This document shows positions 1 to 11,730 of a stretch of 64,000 nt of DNA, piece by piece (position 1 is the stretch's first letter; each line of letters opens with the position of its first letter). The notes beneath the pieces are model-generated. The model did no database searches, had not been told where the DNA came from, and worked only from the letters and a program-made list of their open reading frames with translations. Source of the DNA: Minutocellus sp. GHC0000111 (lineage: Eukaryota). The stretch covers positions 1,116,001 through 1,180,000 of the forward strand of contig OZ361256.1 of NCBI GenBank assembly GCA_977018835.1, given 5' to 3'. A program made the position numbers and the translations under genes.

Positions 1-3000
1 CAGCTCCCGAACGAGTCAGCACAATGGCTCTTCTTTCCTATTCCACCTGTAACGAAAAGTGGCTGATGCTTGCTGGACTCATCAGTGCTGGTATTGCCGG
101 CCTTGCTGTGAGTACATTTTCATTGGACAAATCACATCTGACTTTCGGCCGATACTTCATGCTGAATGCACAAAGTCCTCATGTCCCCATTCAATTTTTT
201 CTATTCACTTTGAACAATCAGATGCCTGCGTGGCTCCTGCTCCTCGCCAAGAGTCTGGAAACGTTCAATAACCTGGGGAAACTCATCAATTCAGTCGGCG
301 GCGAGGCGGCGGTTGAGATTCTCAAAAATCAACTCTACCAGCTTTGCTGGTCCTTTGCGGTTGTTGGATTTATTTCTCTCTTGTCAGGCAGCATCTATGT
401 TTCAATTTGGACTTATACCGGCGAGAAACAGGCCTTGCGTATCAGAGAGAAATTTGTTCGTTCCGCATTTCGTCAAGATGCTCAGTGGTTCGATTCACGT
501 GGTGATCCACAGGAGTTACCAACTCTTGCTACAAATGCGTTGGAAAAGATCAATTCTGCGATTGGACGGACAATGGCAGATGCATTTGCTAATCTTTTAA
601 GTGCCGTGTGCTGTCTGGCTGTTGCCATAGGCTTGAATGCTCCGCTTGCACTGATTATGCTGTGCATGCTTCCAGTTATTGCCATCTGCATTTCCTTAAT
701 ATCGTGCTACATGCGAAAGCGTTCAGGTCAGGCACTTGAGATATTTGCCAGTGCGGGTGCCTTTGCAACCGAAGTAGTCTCTGGAATCAAAACAATTGCG
801 TCGCTCTCAGCAGAGCGTTGGTCTATCAATAAGTACGAAGGAATGGCACGAGAAGCCCAAAAGTACTCCATATGGAGCGGTTATCTGAGCAAACTAACTT
901 CTGGAATCATGGGGTTACTTTTCTACTGCACATATACCGTCGCCTTCTTGTTCGGTACGGAGCAGGTTGCCAACACGCTTGAAGTGGAAGAGTCGAAGCC
1001 ACTGAATCCCTTCTATTGCATGATCAACTACTGTGGAATTTCCGGCAGTGAGGTAATGGTTTGCATTTATGGAGTAATTTTGTGCGCACAATTCTTTAGT
1101 CTAATGTCCCCTGCAATTCAGGCTGTCAATCTTGGACGTATTGCCGCTGCTGATGTCTTTGGCGCAATCAAGCACACGCCCGATATCGATGCATCGTCTG
1201 ATGATGATGGCACAAAGTTAGATAATTTTGAAGGTGAAATTGAGCTCAAACATATCGCCTTTGCCTATCCTTCGCGTCCAAAAGACTTGATCTTCCGCGA
1301 TCTCAGCCTCAAGATTGAGGCCGGGCAGGCTGTAGCTTTGGTGGGACCAAGTGGATCAGGTAAGTGTCGACAGTGGTGATTCTCTTTGGTGCATGTGTGC
1401 ATTTAAAATCTCGCGTGATCTCACGAACCCTAACTTCAATCTGCAGGAAAATCGACAATATCCAAGCTTCTACTACGGTTCTATGACCCGCTGGCTGGTA
1501 GTGTTCTCGTCGATGGCACACCTCTAACAGAGCTCAATCTCAAATGGTGGAGATCACAGGTGAGAAAGAAAAAAGGAGAAAGACGATCAGAGCTACGATC
1601 GTAGCCAGGTTATTCACGCCCCGGTTACAATTCATTTCTTACCTTTATGCATTCAAATCATTTCTTACCTTTACACACGCAATCTCGTCTGCTTTTATCT
1701 TTACGCGTCTTCGGCGCTGTGTAGATTGGTTATGTTCCACAAGAGCCCCACCTCTTCATTGGCAGCATCCGTCATAACATTGCCTGCGGCAAACCTGCCA
1801 CCGATGGCCCTGGTACAGACGAAGAAGTTATTGCAGCAGCGAAAGCCGCTTGTGCGCACGATTTTATTCAGAGTCTTCCAGATGGCTACGATACGTTTTA
1901 TTCGGGGGCAAGTGTGCAGATGAGTGGAGGCCAAATTCAGCGCATCGCTATTGCACGAGCGCTCATGAGGAATTGTTCCATTTTACTGTTGGACGAAGCT
2001 ACATCAGCACTGGATTCGGAGTCCGAAAGAGTGGTGCAGGATGCTCTTGCCTCCATCCGTAAGACACGCAAATTAACTACGGTGACTGTGGCACATCGCC
2101 TTTCGACTATTGTGTCTAGTGACCAGATTGCAGTTATTGCCGAGGGCACCATTCAAGAGCTCGGAACTCACCGTGAACTTCTCGAGGAGAGTGGAATTTA
2201 TGCCACTCTCTGTGAATCTCAGGGCATCGGAGCAGATGCCGCCAACGCCAGTACCAGTGGTGTTTCCCATCCTCGGCCTCAGTTCATCACTAGTGCCACC
2301 GCCGAGGTTCTAGAAGAGGGCGCTTTAGTCAAGGCGATTGGTAATCGCGAAGACCCTGAGGCTGGCATAGCTCTCGTCGATTCTGAAGGAGATGTCGATA
2401 AATTTGATTCCGAAGAAGGAGGTCAAGAGGAGGAGTTGGCATCCATGTCTCGCCTGTGGCAGCACAACAAGACAGAATGGGGATACTTATTTCTCGGAAC
2501 CGTTGGGGCCCTGGTAGTAGGAGTCTTGCCTCCGGCGGAAGGCATACTGTACGCGCAGCTCACAGCCAACTTTTTCACAATGGAGTCCGCCCCAATGCGA
2601 GAGCAAAATGCCATGCTTTCACTCTGTTTCTTGGCACTTGCTGCTGCGTCGCTTTTAGGAAATATGGCCATGGGCTGTGGTTTTTCGGTTGCTGGCTTTC
2701 GCCTTACTCGACGCCTTCGGGTGCTTTGCTTCGAGAAGATCATGCGCCACTCCATTGGCTGGTTCGACTTTCCAGAGCACAGCACCGGTGAGCTTACCGA
2801 ACGCCTCGAGGCAGATGCTGAGGCGGTCAACAAGGTGACTGGTTGGAACCTTGGACAGCAAATCCAGGTGTTTTCTTCGTTGGCTTGCGGGATCATTATA
2901 TCCCTATCATTCAGCTGGCAAATTGGTTTGATTGCCATTGGTTGCGTCCCTTTGATAATGGGAGCTGCATTCGTTCAAGCCAAGTGCACCAAACGAAGAG

Positions 3001-4651
3001 TTGTGGAACAGGATGGCGCATCCTCTGCTACTATTCTCGAAAGAGGCCTTGACAACATTGCTCTCGTCCAAGCCTATGACTTGCAGGAAAATATATCCGA
3101 TCAATACAGCAAATCTCTTGCGCCAGTTGCGAAGGATAAGGTTAGACAGGGAGTAATTTCCGGCGCGGTATTTGGATTTTCGCAGTTCGCCATCTTCTGT
3201 ACATTTGCAGGTAGGTGCGAGGTTGGATTTCTTGTGAAATTAATTGTATTTGTTTCTTGATTGGATGGGCATGTGGATACTTGACTTACTTAGGTGGTGG
3301 TCATAGACTCCACAGGAATCAGTCTCATCTGTTTGTATTTGTCATCCCTCTGTGCCGTTCCAGTTCTATTTTATGCAGGAATACAATTGATGATCAAGGG
3401 TCAGGTGTCCTTCACTTCCTTCTTTACCGCGCTGCTGGCCATTATGTTCGCTGCATTTGGTGTCGGTCAGGTCAATGCTGACTTCAATTCAAAATACGCG
3501 GGCCTTGCTGCCGCACAACGCATATTCAATCTTATCGATGAGCCCTTGGATAACGACGATCCCTTTAGCACTGCTGGTGACAAACCTGACTCTCTTACTG
3601 GAAGCATCAACTTTCACGATGTGTCCTTCAGTTATCCTTCGAGACCCAATCATCTAATCTACTACCCATCCCACGGACGAGATGGCTTCTCCCTCTCTAT
3701 CGCATCGAAAGAGTCTGTTGCCTTTGTCGGAAGGTACGCGGTCAAAATTTTTGACACTGTGTCTGCTTTCTATTGATTGGATTGGCATTTGCCTGCTTAC
3801 CTCTAGCTTGACTGCGCACCGAGTTAGGCACCAATCTCACCTACTTGAATACGTCCTCCCTCTGCACCTTACTAAAAAACAGGAGTGGGTGTGGCAAATC
3901 TACAGCTCTACAGATTCTCCTTCGCTTCTACAATGTGTCTTCTGGTGAGGTATTGGTCGATGAACAAAATGTCCAAAACCTCAACGTGGCTTGGCTTCGT
4001 AGAAACATTGGATATGTTGGACAGCAACCTGTCTTATTTGCTGGCACAGTTCGTCAGAATATTCTACTCGGCAAGCCCGATGCGACCGAAGCTGAGATCC
4101 TAGAGGCCGCCAAAGCTGCAAACGCGTTCGAATTCATCTCTCGACTTAGCGATGGATTCGAAACGGATATTGGAGCTGGGGGTTCTTTGCTATCCGGAGG
4201 ACAAAAGCAGCGTGTCGCAATTGCTCGAGCAATTATTTCAGATCCTCAGATGTTGGTTTTGGATGAGGCTACTAGATGAGTTACTAGCATGCGCTGGAAA
4301 ACGTTACCTAGGTACTTACTTATGATCATGGCCCCATGGCCCAGAAACAAGTAGGTTTCTATGTTGCCTTCGCCACTCACCGGAACTCTCGTGATCATTC
4401 TTCTCTCCTTCCATAGTGCTCTTGACAACGAGTCCGAGAGAATTGTGCAGCGAACTCATGATGACATGCAGGCCAAGAAACCAAGAACCACTCTTGTCGT
4501 TGCTCATCGCTTGACCACGGTGAAGAATTGTGATAAGATTGCCGTTCTCGATCGTTTTGGTGTAAAGGAGCTGGGTTCGCATTCGGAGCTCTTGGATCAG
4601 AAAGGACTATACAGGGACTTGTGGATGAAGCAGGGTGCGAAGGAGGAATAA
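1..4651 (+). CDS. ABCB/MDR-type full-length ABC transporter (TMD-NBD-TMD-NBD); 5' end probably upstream of the window; last splice donor non-canonical
   Basis: Walker A GPSGSG|KS and GR|SGCGKST, signatures MSGGQIQR and [19 protein letters not shown]. Inferred introns 108-221, 1360-1446, 1560-1724, 3211-3363, 3734-3882, 4276-4416; the last begins ATGAGT instead of GTGAGT. Confidence 0.93.
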
Positions 4652-4831
4652 GCTCGAAACATATCCAGCTAATTATCAATAGCTAGAGCAAGTAAGCCAG
4701 TAACATATTTATATTTCATCGATATCCCAATCATTTAGTTGTATATATTATATATCTAATGTGCCTACCATGGTACTACGGTACGTAGCTGGATGCTGCA
4801 CCGCGCCAAATCTATTTTGAGGTTGTAATCA

Positions 4832-5603
4832 TCATGGCAACCAAGGCAAGAAATGCAGGAAGAATAGAGCACCCAAAGCCTCAGTTCCCAAAATCAACGG
4901 TGCGAGGAATCCCCATACCGGCCACGTGCTTCGAATCAAAAGAATTGCCGCCACCACGCCAAATATGGCCATACTCGGTACAACCCTCGGACAGTAGATA
5001 TCCCAACCGCTCGAATCTTGAATTCCCTTGATTTTCGGCAAATAGATGGCCAAATACAAAACTAGAAGAGTGTTGATACCCATGAGGACCAGGGCGGCAT
5101 GTAGAAGCGGTCGGATGACACGCTCATCCGACAAGAAAACGAAGGGCGTATTGCTTACTTTGACAACGATTGCAGCCGTTACAACCCAAACAACTGCGGC
5201 GAAAGCAAGAGAGTGACAATGCGACAATGGTGAGATAAAGCAATAAGGAAGATTGATTTTGCGTCTGTCCGTGTTGGAGGACCCTGGATGGGAAAGACCA
5301 TCCGTCTGACGACGATGCATTCACGTGGCAGACCACGATAAGGACAAACCAAAACACCACAACCCATGCAGACAACTCACGTGCATATGCTTTATCCAAC
5401 AGCCGCTCGGATGGGGTCCTGTTGCTCGATTGACCCCCGTCACCGGCACCGCCCGCGAGAGTCGACGAGCCGAGAGTTGACGAGCCGAGAGAAGCGGCCG
5501 CCGACGAAATGCCCGAGGATGGAGCCGCCGCTGCCGCAACCGCTGGCCCTCCCGAAGCCACCCTTGTCTCTTCTCCCGGGACTCGGCGGTACGGTCCTGG
5601 CAT
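4832..5603 (-). CDS. TMEM128-like multi-pass membrane protein
   Basis: ATG at 5603. A GT-AG intron 5380-5194 joins KAYA|LVWVVT in frame. Four hydrophobic segments and a WDIYCPRVVP motif resembling TMEM128. Confidence 0.7.
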
Positions 5604-5742
5604 GGCGGTCACGCTAACGTGTAATGATGGTCGACAACCGGTAGACGGTCAATACCACGGAGGCGATGGAGCAGAGAGTGATGAGCTCGGCGTCACTCGC
5701 GTAGAGCGGGGCCCTGCCTGATGAGCGAGGCGAGCGCGCGGG

Positions 5743-6407
5743 TGTTGTGACCAATCTGCAACCAAAACAAATCTGCCAGCAAACGGGACCAGAGCAGAAA
5801 TGCGTCACCGTCTGACAGACGGGTCGCAGTCTGCAAGAAAAAAAAAGAAAATCTGCAAGGATTTCTCGAAAACGAAAAACGCAAGATGTGAGAGAATGCC
5901 GATGCAGAGCAAAGGTGGGTGAGATATCAAGTATGAAGCCGCCAACACGATCAGACCAATAGCGAAACGAATGCACGCATCAGTGTTGACGTGTCGGGGC
6001 GCGGAGACCCCCAACGAGCGTCGGTGGTGTGTGGCCGCCGCCATTTTTTTATCACGTGTCATGGCGCAACCGAAGACACGGGCTCGCTGCATGATATGCC
6101 ATGATTTCTCAGGATTTTTGCAACAGACAAAGACCACACTTGCAGGACACATCAGAAACAACACGCTCAGGTGACTCGACGACTCGACGGCTCATCCCCC
6201 GTCACTCCGGCGGCGTCGTTTGACGGCAGCGGGCAATTCTTGTTCGTGCCTGGCAGAATTGAAGAAAAATCTGACAGATTTTTCCCTGTCTGGCAGATTT
6301 TTGCAATCGCTGACAGATTTTTGCAATCGCTGGCAGAAATGCTTTCAATCTGCCAGCGTTGGTCCCGTTTGCTGGCAGATTGTCTTGCTGGCAGATGGGT
6401 CACAACA
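5743..6407. mobile_element. Non-autonomous TIR element (665 bp) with TGTTG...CAACA ends and 4-bp TSD CGGG; Ginger-like structure
   Basis: ~48-bp imperfect terminal inverted repeats (5743-5790 vs 6360-6407). CGGG at 5739-5742 and 6408-6411. Repeated subterminal TCTGCCAG/CTGGCAGA-like words. No credible ORF. Confidence 0.8.
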
Positions 6408-6928
6408 CGGGCAATGGCGAAATACGTCATTACTTCGTCTCAGAAAGTGCACGCGGATTTGGAGGCAAAGCAAGCGAGCGAGAGCCCCTGGTGGCGCACT
6501 CGTTGCAGCAGCGAGCTGTTCATGTAATCGACAGTTTTTATGTAGAGTATATCACAGCATGATAGAAGATTATCTAAAAGGGCAAGTAATTATTATCCTA
6601 GCAATTTATGTTGCAGCTAGTACGATCGTAGCAAGTCACAAGTCAGAAAGAGAGATGCAGTAGGAATTCCTTTTAATGCATGAGAGTGAGAGAGAGAGTG
6701 TGTTACTGGTACCCTAGAATTTTTGTATGTGGGTACGGGTCTCTGCACCTCTGTAGGCACTATTGGCGATCGATGAATTGACTGACTGATTTAGATGGAC
6801 TGTTCTCGGTCGATTCTGATCATTACGATCGTACCGTCGCACCATCGTGTACAATTGTACCTTGGTAGCTGTATTGACAATATTCACTCGCACTGCAATT
6901 TCACAATAACAAATCAACCACCACCACC

Positions 6929-8017
6929 ATGGCCACTACTCGTCTGCAAAAGGCCGGGAAGAGTCGACCGAACAAATCCACGAAAGGAAAGTCGACCAAG
7001 AAATCCGTCGGTAAGGTCGGGTCTACGACCACGACAAGAACAAAAACAGGCAAGGCTCGTGTTGTTGGAGGCGGAGCCAATACTCTAGATGCGCGTGCTC
7101 TTGATCTAGCGAATAAGCTCCTCCCCCACGCCAAGAAGGCTCAATGTGTTGGAGGTCCCGCAAAGAATACGTTCGAGTATTGGGACATTTTCCCGAGTCT
7201 TCTCTGTTTCGCCAAGGACAAAATAACTCTCCTCGCACAAAACGACAAAAAGCTTTGGATGTACCAAGCGTCGGAAGCTTTGGACAAAGTAACTCATAAA
7301 GATATCATCGAAAAGGTTGGCTCTCATGACGTCCCGGTTTTGGTCGCTATCATTTGCGAACTTCCTCCGACCACTTTCGTTGCTACCAATTCTCTACAGC
7401 TCCAAGAGCGAGCCTTCTACTCCATTCAGGAGAAGAATTTGTTTTGGAAAGAAGTATCGCCCCAAGTAAAAATTCTCCAGGCCACTCCTATCGCCTTTGG
7501 TCAGCTCCTTGACTACGAGTACACCCTTTTGCCAATTATGCAGCCCTCCAAGCTGTATGGTAAAGAGACCGAAAAGAGCCTCGATTGTGTCGAGGTTGAA
7601 GTCAATGGCCTTATTATCAGTGCGTCCAAGGTCTCAGACGTGGACACTGCCTTGGAGGACGAAGAAGATGAAGCAAAGGAAGAGAGCCGGGCTCCACGCG
7701 CTACAACCGACGATCGAGCTGATATTATTGCCAAGCTCAAAGAGAAAAAGAGAGAAAAGGAGGCCACCAACCTCGCCCTTCTTGAGAAACACACTTCCCA
7801 CTATCGTGGTATGATTTCCTCACATGCCGATTCGTTGAGCATTGAGAGGTCTTCGGTAGCTTCCAAATTGGAAACAATGGAGATCTACAAGATTTACCCC
7901 TCGAATTTACCGCCACCCAAAACATGGCAGTACTTTCAATCCACCGGCTTCAGAAAGAATACCATGGTCAATCGCTTCACTGGCGATTGCGATGGCTATT
8001 ACCCCAAGAGCAACTAA
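6929..8017 (+). CDS. HEAT INTOLERANT 4 (HIT4)-like protein
   Basis: Single 362-aa ORF with a basic N-terminus. VPVLVAIICELPP..VATNSLQ and C-terminal LETMEIYKIYP...VNRFTG match my recollection of plant HIT4 blocks (VPAVVA..SPFPPS; ENMKFYKFYP...INRYYG). Confidence 0.6.
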   Translation: MATTRLQKAGKSRPNKSTKGKSTKKSVGKVGSTTTTRTKTGKARVVGGGANTLDARALDLANKLLPHAKKAQCVGGPAKNTFEYWDIFPSLLCFAKDKITLLAQNDKKLWMYQASEALDKVTHKDIIEKVGSHDVPVLVAIICELPPTTFVATNSLQLQERAFYSIQEKNLFWKEVSPQVKILQATPIAFGQLLDYEYTLLPIMQPSKLYGKETEKSLDCVEVEVNGLIISASKVSDVDTALEDEEDEAKEESRAPRATTDDRADIIAKLKEKKREKEATNLALLEKHTSHYRGMISSHADSLSIERSSVASKLETMEIYKIYPSNLPPPKTWQYFQSTGFRKNTMVNRFTGDCDGYYPKSN

Positions 8018-8204
8018 GGATAACATCTTGACTAACAGATCGTAAAAAGGATGATTCAATTCGTATATCTTTAGGAGAGTTTATTCTAGCTAGAAGTACA
8101 CGCAACAAATATGAGTAGCAAGGACATTAGCACGCATCCGCATCCTCGAGTGCGATTTGATTCGATTCAATTCAAAATTTCTTGTTCTAGGGATCCTATT
8201 CTAA

Positions 8205-9626
8205 TCAATCCTTCTTTGCCACACTGGCATCGGGTCCGTTCCCATATAGCGCATTGACAACAATCTGAGCGGTAGCGCTGGCAACACCGATTGCGCAGGG
8301 CGCCCACACCATAAAGTCGTTGATCCGGAAGAAACCATAGACGAACCACGCCAAAGCGTTGACAGTACTTGCTACGGCGTATGGCAGCGGTATGTTTCTG
8401 GCCGACTTGGACTCGATGGCAGCTCGAAGAGCAGCCAACGGTCCGGTGTACATGATGCACGACAATAGGACCGTTGTCATCCCCACAATCGGTGCCGCCC
8501 TCTGTCCGAGCATAACAATGGTGGCGATTGTCGCCGCTGCAATGCCAAGGCCGGTGCGGGCATGCATTCCCACGGTGCCGGGAAGATTGCTCGCCTCCTT
8601 ATCAACATTCTCGTAGAACGATAGACAATAAAAGAGCGATATCAGATGGCCGGCACCATGCGTCATTATGATTTTCTTGTCCTGAATCAGTAAACCGTAG
8701 CAAACTAAAACAAAAGTCATCGTGGCCATGGCGCTATAGGGTAGCAGGGGAAGGCCACCCGTCGTCCCCTCCTTGCGAACCTTTTGAATAGTCGGCATCG
8801 GACTGAGTTTCAATGCAATCGACGCGAATGGCGCCAAGTCGGACCACAACGATACAGTAAAGAGCGGGCCCAACACAAAAGATAGGACTGATGCAGATCG
8901 ATCGATGACCGGGGAGAGCAGCGACGGCGCCAAAACGGTGGCACCGCCCGCTGTCACACCGGCCAGGCGACCAATGAGTTCCACTGATAATAACAAAAGT
9001 GCCGACGAGGCCGTGATCTTGCCTAGCCTTCTTGTCAGCTCTTGAGCCTGCTGCTGCTGCTGCTGAGCTCCCGCCCGAAGATCTGAGAAGACACCCCGAG
9101 CCGAGTAATACCGACTCAATAGTCGCACCGCAGGTTCATCCTCGTGCAAAAGTGGGACAACCAGTCCAGTTGCTGTGGATTGAAGCACAAGGCCGTTGTC
9201 CTTACGAACGACGACACCTTGACGCCTTCGTCCTGCTGCTGCTGCTGCTGCTGCGGTCCGCAAACTCGTCCTCGTCGTGCGGCCGACAACCCCGGTCGAG
9301 CCGTATGGCAACCTCGACGGCGACGAGGCGGCCGCCATAGTACTAACAGGATCCTTGGCAAACAGCCCTCGCTTCCTCTGCTCCCTCGGTTTTTGATATC
9401 CCATCCCTACATTGGCACCGATCGGTGTTGCTGTTTGGGACAGCGGGAAGAAATCTGTTGAATCTGCGTTCTTGCTCAGGCGTAGGCATGTGTTGGGCCC
9501 TCCTGCTGTCGATGTGCCGCTGAACTTGCCAGGGGAGACGGGCGACCCTGAGGAAGCCTGAAAGGGCGTCGCCAGGCCCAGGAGGGATAGCAGAAGGAGC
9601 GTCTTGGGCCGTCTTCGGCTACTCAT
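8205..9626 (-). CDS. SWEET/MtN3 sugar transporter with signal peptide and long N-terminal extension
   Basis: Two MtN3 repeats (LSPMPTIQKVRKEGTTGGLPLLPY; YTGPLAALRAAIESKSARNIPLP). Hydrophobic N-terminus followed by F and a Ser/Arg-rich stretch. Confidence 0.9.
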   Translation of the reverse strand: MSSRRRPKTLLLLSLLGLATPFQASSGSPVSPGKFSGTSTAGGPNTCLRLSKNADSTDFFPLSQTATPIGANVGMGYQKPREQRKRGLFAKDPVSTMAAASSPSRLPYGSTGVVGRTTRTSLRTAAAAAAAGRRRQGVVVRKDNGLVLQSTATGLVVPLLHEDEPAVRLLSRYYSARGVFSDLRAGAQQQQQQAQELTRRLGKITASSALLLLSVELIGRLAGVTAGGATVLAPSLLSPVIDRSASVLSFVLGPLFTVSLWSDLAPFASIALKLSPMPTIQKVRKEGTTGGLPLLPYSAMATMTFVLVCYGLLIQDKKIIMTHGAGHLISLFYCLSFYENVDKEASNLPGTVGMHARTGLGIAAATIATIVMLGQRAAPIVGMTTVLLSCIMYTGPLAALRAAIESKSARNIPLPYAVASTVNALAWFVYGFFRINDFMVWAPCAIGVASATAQIVVNALYGNGPDASVAKKD

Positions 9627-9977
9627 GGTGCTTCAGCTGAGAAATGACTGGCTGTGAAATTGCATGCATGTAATGTCGCCAAACGGAGAAGAAGTGTCAA
9701 CTCTCAAAAGACAACAGGTCGCCTATAGGTAATTTTCGGTTAATCCGTCAACCAACCTGAGAACCTGAGCTGCTAAAAAATGGCCAAAGTAGCCGAAGTA
9801 TCGGCAAAGTGGTTGATAGAGAAGGAGGGTCGCCAGTCCACACCAAAATACGCCCACCAAAGCGTCGAGTCCATTCTCTTTGTGCATTTCATCAAACATC
9901 TCCAGCTGTCGCAGCATCAAGGAAACATTTATTACGGCACAAAAGTAGACCAGTCAGGGGAAGTCACCGCCACTACA

Positions 9978-11133
9978 ATGCGAATCACACTCCTATTCTC
10001 GGTATTGGCATGTGCCAGCACTGTGGCATTGGCTGGATCAGCGCTTCTCCGCGGTCGATCTGCAGGAGCTGGTGAAACATCCGCCGAAGAATCCACCCAT
10101 GCTGCTCACGCTGGCAGAGCACTGGAGGGAAGTACAGTAGCTACTAGTACCACAGCTGCTGGTGCCGTCGACAACTCGGCGTCAATACCATTGTATGAGG
10201 AAATCCTCAACATCTTCAAAAGAGTGGGAGGCGGCGGTGGCGGAAACAATAGCAACAACATGAGCCAAAGAAATGGACGAAAGAATCGAAGGCGAAAAAA
10301 GAACAAGAACAACGACAGCAGCAGCAGCAGTAGTGACGAGGACACTAACGTCTATGACAATGCCTCCGACATTCCCAAGAATGAAAAATTGGGCTTTCTT
10401 TGGCATTTATGGTATACCAAGGGGATTAAATACGAAGCGAGAGGTAGCGACTTTTGCGTCATGTGCAAGGGCAAGAGCGGCTGCGAAAAGGGCGACGAGG
10501 TGGTGACCAGTCATTGCAATCCCAACGATCCTGACATGCGCTGGGAATACATCAAGGTCAAGAACGGGGTTGGCCTGATGAAGACTCGGTACCACAACCT
10601 ATGTCTGGAGATGAATGACTTGAAGGAATATCGTCTCCAAAAATGCGACGAGGACGAAGAGCGGCAAATGTTCCAGGGGATGAGCTACAGGGGCAAGTTT
10701 AAGCTTCACCCGTACAAACGTCGCTTCGCTGACAAGAAGCAATGCATATCGATGCTTCACCACCCACTCGCAAAAGATGATCATGACGGAGAGGAAATCA
10801 TCGACCAGCCGTGCTACAAGCCAGAGAGAACCCAGACGGTCTACAGATTTTCGAGATGAAGTGGAGGAGGAGATTGGCAAGAAGGATTATGATTGTAGCA
10901 AGAAGGACAAAAAGTTCGGACGACAACGAGTGCAAGGGCGATTTGGTTTGCTACAAGCGCGGCGATGAAGGATGGAGAGAAATCTCAAGAACAAGCATGA
11001 TCCCAACGGGTGGGCACAGATCCCAGGATGCACCGGTATGGGCAAATATGGACGGAATTATTGCGCCAAGGAGAAATACGTAAGCCCATACAGTGACGAG
11101 GAGATTGAGGCAATACTGGAGAAGAACGACTAG
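9978..11133 (+). pseudogene. Secreted ricin-B-like plus frustulin-like Cys-domain protein, 3' part frameshifted; intronless paralogue of 17899-19587
   Basis: Signal peptide MRITLLFSVLA. Collinear with the 17899 gene down to SPYSDEEIEAILEKND*. Relative to that paralogue about 8 nt (10844), 23 nt (10920) and 1 nt (~10980) are missing. Confidence 0.75.
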
Positions 11134-11730
11134 AAATGTCTAGATTCAATACAAAGTAGGAGGAATGGAATGCTGCTTCAACAATGTCTACTCGCTTACT
11201 CGGCCATCTCAGCCAACGGTAGATCTTTTTCAGCTCGTGAAGAAAACATGTGTACCGGTACATGTAGATCTACCATGGTACTCCTGCATCCACTTTTTTA
11301 ATGTTTTTAGCTTTCAGCTCTCTCTCGCATAAATCTGTGAGCTTGCCAACCTCATTTCGCCAACACCCCATACATGTAGGAACTACCAGTAATCTCATCG
11401 TCAATTTTCGCGATTCTTACCGGTACCTCTGTGTTGGTGATGCAGTGATTTCTTTTTCCACTTCTTGAAAAGTCACGTTGCTGCGGCTCTCATTTCCACT
11501 CCGGGTCCTTTTCAGAACATAACGCAGAGTCGAATGAGTCCAAAACACGTCACCGCGACGAAAAGAACCCGGAGTATTCATCCTTGAAGAGCAACCGCGT
11601 TGGCTCGCGACGATGCGATGGTTTTGGCTTCGTCGATCGTCGCCTTCCGGAACCAACCTGCCTGCTCTCCCCCTCTTCCAATTCTCATTACCCTTTGCTT
11701 ATATATCCAATAAATAATACTACATTCAAA

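Noticed and set aside
5743..6407. Solo Copia LTR (TGTTG...CAACA)
   Set aside because: Inverted repeats extend about 48 bp and the TSD is 4 bp rather than 5; less likely, though not excluded.
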